Positions 19,740 to 27,566 of a stretch of DNA of 64,000 bases are shown here, one piece after another. A program made the translations under genes and the position numbers. The notes under the pieces are model-generated. The model saw only the letters and a list, made by a program, of their open reading frames with translations, searched no databases and was not told the DNA's origin. Numbering within the stretch: the first letter of the stretch is position 1; every line of letters begins with the position of its first letter. The DNA comes from an uncultured Bacteroidales bacterium (lineage in GTDB: Bacteria; Bacteroidota; Bacteroidia; Bacteroidales; VadinHA17), in assembly GCA_963780735.1 (NCBI GenBank), contig CAWADB010000006.1, positions 34,106-98,105 on the forward strand. Reading direction: 5' to 3'.

Positions 19740-22220
19740 TTAATCTGATAAAAGTTGATTTGCGGCCAGTACAAGGAACATAAAATTGGTAGCGCCTCCC
19801 CCCAGAACATATTCCTGCTGCTGCCACAAATACGGCCAATCAAGTAATTCCGGAAAATCAGGTCGTATAAGCGCTGTTCCGGAAGAAACACCACCAGGGA
19901 TATATGACCAGTCTGCCCGATTAATTCCATAGGCTACTGTGGTCGATCTGGCGCCCACTCCGGAAGCAAAAGATGCTGTATTAATTCCGGGGTGGACACC
20001 CAGGATGAAGTTTAGTGCATTATAAATATAATCAGCCGGGAAAATATCAGGAAAGCCCTTGTAAAGGAAATACTGACGTACCCCAAAGCTCTGTATGTCC
20101 CAGCCTGCTCCCCATATATTTGGGCGATAGGGAACTCCAAAAGGAGTTTCTGTTCCCTGTTTGGTTATTTCGGAAGAGAATTCTCTTGCCGCCTCCCTTA
20201 GAGATTGCGTGAAAACAGGATCATTTATCTTTGGCAGTACAGGTGCAAGGTGCCATCCTATGATCCTGAACTCTTTAACAATCAATGCTTTATTTTCAAG
20301 AATATAATCCTTATAGGTCCTTTTGCCTGTAGTCAGGAAAAGCTCAGCAGCAGCATGGATCTTTGATGTGGTTTGACGCTCTGTGAGTGTCTGATCGTGT
20401 CCGAAGATTGCTTCGGCAATTTCCAGGCACTGAAGACTTAATGTATCGTTAAATCCTTTCAATACTCTTGAAGCTGCCGCCAGGTGAGCGGCAGTTGTCA
20501 TTTCCCTTGAAGGATTATTTTCCGTAAACACCCAGCGGTCATCAGCCAGGGAAGAATGTGTTGCAGTCGTTTCGCCTGTTTTCAGATTGTCGCTGAAAAT
20601 CAAACCGTCAGTCATATTAATACCATCGCCAAGCAAGGTATACTGACGTAATGTGGGACAGATAATTCCCCTGTAGAGTCTTCCTAAATTCCGGTATCCG
20701 CCCACAACCGATAGTGCACCATGTTCAATTTGCTGAAGGACGTCAGGCTTTCCGTCAGGCTGGTGTATCTCCACTATCCGGGAATGCTGGTCGACAGATG
20801 TTTCATCATATTTTATGTTGAAAGCCTCATAAGCCTGTGTAAGAATATAGACTTCACCGCTTTGCGATTCAACTCTCAGGTCGTAATCGCCTGCATCATG
20901 CCATCCGCCGGCATTAAGACCGGGAACATGTTCACCTGGTTTATAAGAAGTTAATGTGGATTCTCCCTGGGCATACCCGTCAAAATGGTTTGTGTTTACA
21001 GGCGCCATGCGTGCATCGTCCATATGACACAAGCCATGCCATACACGGTACTTTTCATTTACTCTCATGTGGCACATCTGTACCGGGAGAAAATATTCAA
21101 GTGTCGGCTGCCAGACATTCCGTTCAAAAACATCACTGGCGATACGGAATGGCTGTGATTTCTGATTTCCGTATTTCACAAGATACATTCCGGGAGCTTT
21201 GATTGATGAAAAATCAAATTTTAAATAATTGTATCTTAAGAACTTACCCCATTCAAAGGGCTTATCGTATTTGACTGTTTGCTGTTTACCTTCTGCATCA
21301 ATACGGACCAGTTTAACAGTATCCCTTTTCAGATCGTTTTTATCGAGTTCAACAAGCGCAAGTTTTTGTTGCAAAGGATGATACCCGATCTGGGAAACAT
21401 GGATGACCGGGTCGCCTATCCATCCGCTGATGCTATTTGGTGTGATAATCCATTCAACAGCTTTTTTTGTCGCACCGGCAGCTATGGGTGACCTTACTAT
21501 AAACCAACCGTTGTTATGGAGATAACGTCCGTCAATCAGCTGAAGACTGCCTGATAAGGAACGGATTGTCAGTCTCAGGCTCTCATCTTCCGGAGCAACG
21601 ACAAGCTGCTGACCGCTTGCCATTGGTTCTGCAGCAACAATATCTCCTCTTTTATCAGACATTCCGGGTCCGTTAACCTGGCGGGGAAATATTCCGGACT
21701 GGTCATCAATCATCCATGTTTTACCAAACAGGGCACCGGGAAACAGCTCCAGATTAAATCCAACTTTGTCAATGAATTCATCCGGCAAAGGCCGGTCAAG
21801 GTCGACTGTGACAAAAACAGATCCGCCTTCAGCACGGGTTTTAACCGTGTAATTGAAATAAAGCTCGGGATATATTATGGGATTAAAACCTTTGCGATTG
21901 TTAGCCGAATCGGGATAAGTAAGGTATGTGGTTATCAAATTGCCAGCTTTATCCGTTACTCGTTTCCCCTGTTTCGGTGTCGGCTGCCACTGTCCCGGAG
22001 CCTCATCCAGTCTCAAATCGCCATTGGCTGCAATTCTGATTCCGTGCATAATAATTGTTACACCTCCCTGGTGCCCTGAAGGGTAAAAGTCACTGAAGGC
22101 CATCACGCTAACTCCACTGTTTTCAAAATATTCCTGGTCGTTAAGCTGGAACTGGTCTTTTTGTGCAAATCCGTTGAGGGACAATATCAGCAGGCATGCG
22201 ACTGTCAAAATCCTATTCAT
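19740..22220 (-). CDS. Glycoside hydrolase family 9-like protein, secreted
   Basis: 826 aa with a signal peptide (MNRILTVACLLILSLNGFAQ). The GH9-type catalytic motif GGWHDAGDYDLRV is present, and the C-terminal alpha-helical domain ends in ...QEYVLGGGATNFMF. Confidence 0.7.
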   Translation of the reverse strand: MNRILTVACLLILSLNGFAQKDQFQLNDQEYFENSGVSVMAFSDFYPSGHQGGVTIIMHGIRIAANGDLRLDEAPGQWQPTPKQGKRVTDKAGNLITTYLTYPDSANNRKGFNPIIYPELYFNYTVKTRAEGGSVFVTVDLDRPLPDEFIDKVGFNLELFPGALFGKTWMIDDQSGIFPRQVNGPGMSDKRGDIVAAEPMASGQQLVVAPEDESLRLTIRSLSGSLQLIDGRYLHNNGWFIVRSPIAAGATKKAVEWIITPNSISGWIGDPVIHVSQIGYHPLQQKLALVELDKNDLKRDTVKLVRIDAEGKQQTVKYDKPFEWGKFLRYNYLKFDFSSIKAPGMYLVKYGNQKSQPFRIASDVFERNVWQPTLEYFLPVQMCHMRVNEKYRVWHGLCHMDDARMAPVNTNHFDGYAQGESTLTSYKPGEHVPGLNAGGWHDAGDYDLRVESQSGEVYILTQAYEAFNIKYDETSVDQHSRIVEIHQPDGKPDVLQQIEHGALSVVGGYRNLGRLYRGIICPTLRQYTLLGDGINMTDGLIFSDNLKTGETTATHSSLADDRWVFTENNPSREMTTAAHLAAASRVLKGFNDTLSLQCLEIAEAIFGHDQTLTERQTTSKIHAAAELFLTTGKRTYKDYILENKALIVKEFRIIGWHLAPVLPKINDPVFTQSLREAAREFSSEITKQGTETPFGVPYRPNIWGAGWDIQSFGVRQYFLYKGFPDIFPADYIYNALNFILGVHPGINTASFASGVGARSTTVAYGINRADWSYIPGGVSSGTALIRPDFPELLDWPYLWQQQEYVLGGGATNFMFLVLAANQLLSD

Positions 22221-22365
22221 GGTTCAATTTTAAATTATTGATTAGTTCTGTTAATTATTACAAGGCACCTACGGTGATTAAGGTATGGCCCTTCATCAAA
22301 TTTTGTGAATATAATTAAACCTGTCTGATTTTTGAGAAATATAACCCGGATCTTTTACAATGTAG

Positions 22366-22373
22366 TATCTTTG
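22366..22373 (+). promoter_or_regulatory. Candidate -7 promoter element (TATCTTTG) for ssrA
   Basis: Matches TAnnTTTG, 15 nt upstream of the mature tmRNA 5' end. Confidence 0.45.
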
Positions 22374-22387
22374 CATTTCATATAAAC

Positions 22388-22781
22388 GGGGCTGACCTGG
22401 TTTTGACAGCAAGCCGCGGTGGTATGTAAGCATGCAGAGTAGGGTGACGCATCTCTATAACTTGTGTCTCACAACAATAACTGGCGAAAATAACTACGCT
22501 CTTGCTGCGTAACCGAACCAAGTAGGTTATGCTTAATCCCGGCACCAGGTGTTGGGACGAGACGTTTCCCGGGCGGTGATGCCCCGTACCAACCCGATCA
22601 GGAAGCGCACGCAATTCAGGGATAGCCTGATGGTCTCTCCGGCCTGACGGTGAAAATAAAGGAGATAAGGAGTGGTTCGGCTGTCTGCCACCTGGTCACT
22701 CCCGACAATCAAGGCAGGATAAGCATGTAGAAAGCATATGGTCGCCTTGCCTGGACCCGGGTTCGATTCCCGGCAGCTCCA
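22388..22781 (+). ncRNA. ssrA: Transfer-messenger RNA (tmRNA)
   Basis: The 5' GGGGCTG pairs with the 3' CAGCTCC acceptor stem. A T-arm (GGGTTCGATTCCC) is present. The tag reading frame GGC GAA AAT AAC TAC GCT CTT GCT GCG TAA (22483-22512) encodes GENNYALAA, the Bacteroidota-type tag. Confidence 0.95.
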
Positions 22782-22789
22782 CAAGAAAG
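22775..22789 (+). repeat. Left copy of a 15-bp direct repeat AGCTCCACAAGAAAG (tmRNA 3' end plus trailer); attL-like
   Basis: An exact second copy lies at 26016-26030. Confidence 0.8.
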
Positions 22790-22799
22790 TAAATGCAGC

Positions 22800-22825
22800 C
22801 ACCCCCGACAGGGGGTGTTCTGTTT
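22800..22825 (+). terminator. Rho-independent terminator of ssrA
   Basis: CACCCCC-GACA-GGGGGTG hairpin followed by TTCTGTTT. Confidence 0.7.
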
Positions 22826-22957
22826 ATGGGGAGAGGCGAAAAAGCTTGCTTTTGAAGACTCTCAACAGAAACAGAATAACCATGCGCAGCATGATGGCTG
22901 CATTTACTTGCATCTTTGAAGCCCAGGGAAGGGCGAGCCCGGCTTGCCGGGAGAGGC

Positions 22958-22981
22958 ATTCCCGCCAGCTACACAAAGGAC
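22958..22981 (+). repeat. Degenerate third copy of the tmRNA 3' end (ATTCCCGCCAGCTACACAAAGGAC)
   Basis: By hand alignment, 18 of 24 positions are identical to ATTCCCGGCAGCTCCACAAGAAAG (tmRNA T-arm/acceptor 3' strand). Confidence 0.4.
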
Positions 22982-23013
22982 ACTGGCCCAATCAGTTAGG
23001 GTCTTTTTTTATG

Positions 23014-23084
23014 ACTCTTACAGTGGTGGTAACATTGTTGCGACCGCCCCCCTGAAAAACCAGAAAATCGGTAAATCAAATTAG
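23014..23084 (+). repeat. Inverted repeat arm A (~71 bp)
   Basis: ACTCTTACAGTGGTGGTAACATTGTTGCGACCGCCCCCCTGAAAAACCAGAAAATCGGTAAATCAAATTAG aligns with the reverse complement of 25685-25754 at about 60 of 71 positions (hand alignment). Confidence 0.8.
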
Positions 23085-23142
23085 CCAATTCTTGTACCTA
23101 TTCTTCCAATTACCCGTTTTGGGTTAAGAATTGGCTAATTTG
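23077..23142. terminator. Perfect 17-bp inverted repeat (CAAATTAGCCAATTCTT / AAGAATTGGCTAATTTG) with a 32-nt spacer; likely a stem-loop 3' of the 23183-23962 gene
   Basis: The arms are at 23077-23093 and 23126-23142, about 40 nt downstream of the minus-strand stop codon. There is no clear U-tract. Confidence 0.4.
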
Positions 23143-23182
23143 ATGTTCGGAAAACCGCATAATATCCACACCATTCAAAACA

Positions 23183-23962
23183 CTATTTTGAATCAAAAAT
23201 TATTTTTTCAAAATCATGTATTGGTTTTAATGATATTTCTGTTCCAGTTTCCCCATTGGCTGCATAACCAAAGGGATTATCAAGGTCTTTTATTAAAAGA
23301 AACATATAAGATATTAAGAAAGTTATCAGTAAAGTAAGAAAGAGAGAAGCATAAAATGGCTCAATTCTTATAATAAGAAGACCAAATACAGTCAGGAATC
23401 CCATTGCTTCAACAATTGCATAGGCAGAACCAACAAACTCCGTATCTCTTATTGTATCGATTCTCATAATCATTCTACGGATATTATTTTGCTCATTCTT
23501 CATTTTAATAATGTAATTCGCCTGTATACCTTCTTTATCCAGTGCGATAAAATAATCATTCATTGAACTAAGTTTATCTAAGACAACTTTAATTTTTACC
23601 TTTTTATAGAACCAATCCTTCAAAGAACTGATAAAATCCCTTTGAAATCCAATAAATTCTTTGGCTGCTACTGAGTCTTTCCCTTTATGAACAGTCAAAG
23701 TATCATCATAAAGATTTCGCAAGATTGCGGCAAGTTCGCTTGGCAACTTTTCGCTCTCCTTATAATCAGAGAGGACACCTGAAATTAAAAATCCAATAAG
23801 GAAGATGGTGCCCGCTACTAAACTTGAAAACAGAGCATTTAACTCCATCACTTCAAAACCAAGTTTATGTGTACCAAACTTTAATGCGGCCACTAATATA
23901 ATTAATGGCAATATTTTTAATGCTATTGACCATTTCTGTATTAATCTTCCGGTTGATTTCAT
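23183..23962 (-). CDS. Hypothetical membrane protein, possibly a bestrophin/YneE-like ion channel
   Basis: 259 aa. It has two N-terminal TM helices followed by FLIGFLISGVLSDYKESEK, and C-terminal TM helices followed by IKDLDNPFGY. These resemble the bestrophin-family GFR...Y.R and E.PFG motifs. Family assignment is from recall only. Confidence 0.4.
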   Translation of the reverse strand: MKSTGRLIQKWSIALKILPLIILVAALKFGTHKLGFEVMELNALFSSLVAGTIFLIGFLISGVLSDYKESEKLPSELAAILRNLYDDTLTVHKGKDSVAAKEFIGFQRDFISSLKDWFYKKVKIKVVLDKLSSMNDYFIALDKEGIQANYIIKMKNEQNNIRRMIMRIDTIRDTEFVGSAYAIVEAMGFLTVFGLLIIRIEPFYASLFLTLLITFLISYMFLLIKDLDNPFGYAANGETGTEISLKPIHDFEKIIFDSK

Positions 23963-24088
23963 ATATGTGCCTTATTTTCAATTTGATGATTATGCAAATT
24001 GCATCCGACTTCCTTTGCTAAACGACTCATTGTTATTTCCTTCCGACTTTGCAAGGGAAACCATGGACTGAGTCCTGGCTACTTTCAT

Positions 24089-24220
24089 TTAAAGTCTTGC
24101 TATCATTACTACAATAATTATTTTGATAATAACTAAAATAAAAAGCAATGCTTTTACTTTAGGATTATTCTGCCATTTCTTTAATTGTTGATACTTCATT
24201 TCATGAGAATTATGTTTCAT
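24089..24220 (-). CDS. Possible small membrane protein (43 aa)
   Basis: ATG-initiated ORF MKHNSHEMKYQQLKKWQNNPKVKALLFILVIIKIIIVVMIARL with one hydrophobic helix. It lies between the CDF and bestrophin-like genes on the same strand. It is too short for confident calling. Confidence 0.3.
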   Translation of the reverse strand: MKHNSHEMKYQQLKKWQNNPKVKALLFILVIIKIIIVVMIARL

Positions 24221-24294
24221 TGATTATTGGTTATAACCATCACTTACATAATGATGGTCATGAACATGTTCATAATGATTGAGAAATAGTTTAA

Positions 24295-25197
24295 CTATAA
24301 GTTAATATTGTCATTCTTATCTCCTTCCGTTTGAAGGTGAAGGTTATCCTGAGGCTCGGCATGAATATCCACTTCACTTCTGGAGATTGCTTCATTTAAA
24401 TCTTTTTCAATTCTATCGCATAATGCATGCACATCCGAGAGATTTGAGGCTGGATTTAGGTGAATGTTAAATTTTATGAATGTATCCGCTCCCGCAGTCC
24501 TGATTTTGAGACCATGAAATTGCATTACTTCATCATAGGTCTTCAATATTTTCTTGACTTTGTCAATTGTTTCCTGTGGTGCTTTGTCAAGAAGAACCTC
24601 AGTTGCTCTTTTCCCAAGTTTATATGAAACAAACAATACAATTAAAGCAACACATAAGGCGGCTACCGAATCAGCTAAGAAAAGACCAAAATTCGCACAG
24701 ATAAGACCTAACAAAACAACTACTGAACTCCAGATATCTGTCGAAAAATGAAGAGCATCTGCTTCAAGAGCCTGACTATTGTATTTCTTCGCAACTTTGG
24801 AGAGTGCCCGTGAACGTGAAATATCAATTATAATTGAACTAATTACAACTATATAACTCCAAGCAGTTACTTCTATATGGGTTTTATTAGAAGCAAGTCT
24901 TCCAATGGCTTCATAAATAATCCATGCGCAGGTAATAACCAGTAAAATAGTCTCGATAAATGCAGAAAAATTCTCGATTTTACCATGTCCGAAATTATGT
25001 TCTTTATCTGCTGGTTTATCAGATACCCTGACTGAAAAGAATGTAATTACTGCTGCAACCAAATCGAGTCCTGAATGCAATGCTTCGGATAATATTCCCA
25101 AACTGCCTGTCAGAATACCAATGACTAATTTAAAACCAGTTAAAATAATGGCAGCAAATACCGATATAAGTGCAACCCTTTTTTTCTCCTTTACCAT
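24295..25197 (-). CDS. Cation diffusion facilitator (CDF) family divalent-metal efflux transporter
   Basis: 300 aa. Signature motifs are LSEALHSGLDLVAAVITF, HNFGHGKIE and ADALHFSTDIWSS, plus a C-terminal cytoplasmic domain. Confidence 0.9.
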   Translation of the reverse strand: MVKEKKRVALISVFAAIILTGFKLVIGILTGSLGILSEALHSGLDLVAAVITFFSVRVSDKPADKEHNFGHGKIENFSAFIETILLVITCAWIIYEAIGRLASNKTHIEVTAWSYIVVISSIIIDISRSRALSKVAKKYNSQALEADALHFSTDIWSSVVVLLGLICANFGLFLADSVAALCVALIVLFVSYKLGKRATEVLLDKAPQETIDKVKKILKTYDEVMQFHGLKIRTAGADTFIKFNIHLNPASNLSDVHALCDRIEKDLNEAISRSEVDIHAEPQDNLHLQTEGDKNDNINL

Positions 25198-25244
25198 TAG
25201 AAAAAAGTGAAAAGTTAAAACTCTAGTGAACTACAAAAAATGGA

Positions 25245-25550
25245 TTAAGAGTTTTTTGGTGGTTGCCAGATTTTTGAATAAAAATTATTGGTAAAAAAAG
25301 GATTTGTAAATAAAAGAAAATCCTTGAGAGTTTCTGATTTGTAGTGTTTGGCTATCGCTTCGCTATATGGAAACTCATCTTCGAAATAGTTGGCATGAGA
25401 CTGTTCACAATGCTTTGAAAAATCAGGACATTCACAATTCAGAACAATATCATTGTGTGAAATTAGATTAAATGAAACAAAATCAACCATTAACAACATA
25501 AGTGTAATTGTTAATGCGGGATATATTACGGATTTTGTTATTTTACCCAC
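25245..25550 (-). CDS. Hypothetical membrane-anchored protein with Cys/His cluster
   Basis: 101-aa ORF with a GTG start, one N-terminal TM helix and the segment CECPDFSKHCEQSH. It lies directly upstream of, and co-oriented with, the CDF gene. Confidence 0.45.
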   Translation of the reverse strand: MGKITKSVIYPALTITLMLLMVDFVSFNLISHNDIVLNCECPDFSKHCEQSHANYFEDEFPYSEAIAKHYKSETLKDFLLFTNPFFTNNFYSKIWQPPKNS

Positions 25551-25684
25551 GTCTGCAAAGATAGTATTATCCTATTATAATCGTTGTTTTTCGATATTAT
25601 TAATAATACTTATCTTCCCATATCGCTAATATGCAATTTAAATATTTTGTTAGGGTTATAGAGTTTTTTGTGATGACTTTGGTA

Positions 25685-25754
25685 CTAATTTTATTTAGCG
25701 ATTTCCTGACTTTTCGCGGGGCTGTCGCAATAATGTTACCACAACTGTAAGAGT
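25685..25754 (-). repeat. Inverted repeat arm B (~70 bp)
   Basis: The reverse complement reads ACTCTTACAGTTGTGGTAACATTATTGCGACAGCCCCGCGAAAAGTCAGGAAATCGCTAAATAAAATTAG, which pairs with arm A at 23014-23084. Confidence 0.8.
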
Positions 25755-26020
25755 TGAAATCGAGCGTGTTTCGCAGGAAATAAAATGCGTTTGCTCATTA
25801 TATGCAAGCTTGCGTTGCATTAAGTAGCGAAAACGCTCATAATTGTAAATTCCGGTGATATTGAGCAGCCTTGTCCGATTTAAAGTGAGCACTGACAAAT
25901 TCATCAACAACAAAGAACCTTATCAAGATCGTTGTCAGTAAGGTTCCCAACCTCTTCCAATGGCAGGTTCAATAACTTGTACTGAAGTACATATTTATCG
26001 ACGGTGTTCCGAGATAGCTC
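25755..26020 (-). pseudogene. Remnant of an IS21-family transposase (IstA N-terminal HTH region), truncated and frame-disrupted
   Basis: Minus-strand translation of 26020-25904 gives ELSRNTVDKYVLQYKLLNLPLEEVGNLTDNDLDKVL, then a stop. This resembles the IstA N-terminal pattern (G)ISRNTV.KY....(L).EE...LSD.EL. No start codon or catalytic domain is present. Confidence 0.35.
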
Positions 26021-26030
26021 CACAAGAAAG
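26016..26030 (+). repeat. Right copy of the 15-bp direct repeat AGCTCCACAAGAAAG; attR-like
   Basis: Exact match to 22775-22789. Confidence 0.8.
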
Positions 26031-26096
26031 CTTTAAATCAGATATTTAGAGCTTTCTTTTTTCAAATTGGACTATATATTAAACCGCCATTCGCTC

Positions 26097-27377
26097 TCAG
26101 GCATTTTTGAATGCCTTCTTGCCTGCAAATGCGGAAGCACTACCTAATGCGTGTTCTATTCTCATAAGTTGATTGAATTTTTCAACACGTTCTCCCCTGC
26201 ATCCGCTGCCTGTCTTCAGGTGACCGGCATTGACTGCCACTGTTAAATCCGCAATAAAACTGTCAACGGTTTCACCACTGCGGTGCGAAACGAAGCAGTT
26301 ATACGAATTCTTGTATGCCAGTTCAATGGTTTCAAGAGTTTCAGTAACTGTACCAATCTGATTCAATTTAATCAGGACAGCATTTGCAACACCCTTCTGG
26401 ATACCTTCAGTCAGGATTGCCTTATTGGTGCAGAATAAATCGTCCCCCACAATTTCAATCTTTTTACCAAGACTCTCAGTCATGTTATGCCAGCCAGTCC
26501 AGTCGTTTTCTGCCATACCGTCTTCAATTAAAACAATCGGGTATTGGCTCACCCAACTTTCCCAAAGTTTTACCATTTCGTCACTTGTCAGGAATTTCCC
26601 GGTGCTTTTAAATAATTTGTATTTACTATCTTCCCATAGTTCGCTGGCTGCAGGGTCAAGGCATATACTGACTTCTTCTCCTGGCTTATAGCCGGCCTTA
26701 ACAATGGCTTCAAGAATTACTTCAACAGCTTCGTCATTTGACTTTAGGTCTGGTGCAAAGCCACCTTCGTCACCGACTCCCGTGCTATATCCTTTCGCTT
26801 TGAGTACTGATTTCAAAGTATGAAAGACTTCAGCACCCATTCGGATAGCCTCTGTAAATGACGGTGCACCATGCGGAGCAATCATGAATTCCTGAAAGTC
26901 CACATTATTATCGGCGTGTTTGCCGCCATTGATGATATTCATACAAGGTACAGGAAGCAAATGTGCATTGCTGCCACCCAGGTACTGGTACAGAGGTATG
27001 CCGGCGCTCATCGCTTCGGCACGGGCATATGCCATTGAAACGCCAAGTATGGCATTTGCACCAAGTTTGGCTTTATTAGGTGTTCCGTCCAGATCAATCA
27101 TTGCATAATCAAGTTCACGCTGGCTCACGAAACACTTTCCGACAATTTCTTTTGCAATGATTTTGTTTACATTTTCTACGGCTTTAAGGACACCTCTGCC
27201 CAGATATCTTTTCTTGTCACCGTCACGTAATTCGCATGCTTCACGCTCACCTGTTGAAGCGCCGCTTGGAACTGCTGCCCTGGCTTCAGTTCCGTCATCA
27301 AGTGTCAAACTGACCTCAACCGTTGGATTTCCACGTGAGTCAAGTATTTCCAATGCCTGTACATCAATTATTTCCAT
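26097..27377 (-). CDS. eno: Enolase (phosphopyruvate hydratase)
   Basis: 426 aa. Motifs [39 protein letters not shown] and SHRSGETVD. Confidence 0.95.
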   Translation of the reverse strand: MEIIDVQALEILDSRGNPTVEVSLTLDDGTEARAAVPSGASTGEREACELRDGDKKRYLGRGVLKAVENVNKIIAKEIVGKCFVSQRELDYAMIDLDGTPNKAKLGANAILGVSMAYARAEAMSAGIPLYQYLGGSNAHLLPVPCMNIINGGKHADNNVDFQEFMIAPHGAPSFTEAIRMGAEVFHTLKSVLKAKGYSTGVGDEGGFAPDLKSNDEAVEVILEAIVKAGYKPGEEVSICLDPAASELWEDSKYKLFKSTGKFLTSDEMVKLWESWVSQYPIVLIEDGMAENDWTGWHNMTESLGKKIEIVGDDLFCTNKAILTEGIQKGVANAVLIKLNQIGTVTETLETIELAYKNSYNCFVSHRSGETVDSFIADLTVAVNAGHLKTGSGCRGERVEKFNQLMRIEHALGSASAFAGKKAFKNA

Positions 27378-27566
27378 TTTGTCACTTTTTAAGGATTAGT
27401 AATTTATTTTGTCAGTTATCTCAATCAGTCTGTTAATATCAAAATCATATTCATCAGCATATTTCTTCGGGAATGTACCGTAACCTTTGATTCTCCGGCA
27501 AGTGTATCTTTTTACTCATTTATTTGCAATCTGATATTGCTGAACATAAAGTTATTAAAATTATGT

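Larger units (their letters stand above)
22790..26015. mobile_element. Degenerate integrated islet at the ssrA 3' end (no integrase retained)
   Basis: It is bounded by the 15-bp direct repeat of the tmRNA terminus. The interior is visibly AT-rich and contains a degenerate extra tmRNA-end copy, an inverted-repeat-bounded cargo module and an IS21-like remnant. Confidence 0.5.

Noticed and set aside
22378-23055. ORFs of 78-105 aa overlapping the tmRNA gene and its downstream region
   Set aside because: The region is fully explained by ssrA (acceptor stem, tag ORF, T-arm) and att-like remnants. The ORFs have no start context or recognisable protein features.
23014-25754. Possibility that the ~70-bp repeated sequence is a CRISPR repeat or array
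   Set aside because: There are only two copies, in inverted orientation, 2.6 kb apart and enclosing protein-coding genes. There is no regular repeat-spacer periodicity.
27400-27520. Minus-strand mini-ORF MSKKIHLPENQRLRYIPEEIC, plus an out-of-frame continuation ...GTFPKKYADEYDFDINRLIEITDKINY, between the antiporter and eno
   Set aside because: It is too short, needs a frameshift to be joined, and has no recognisable family. It may be a gene remnant, but that cannot be supported from sequence alone.
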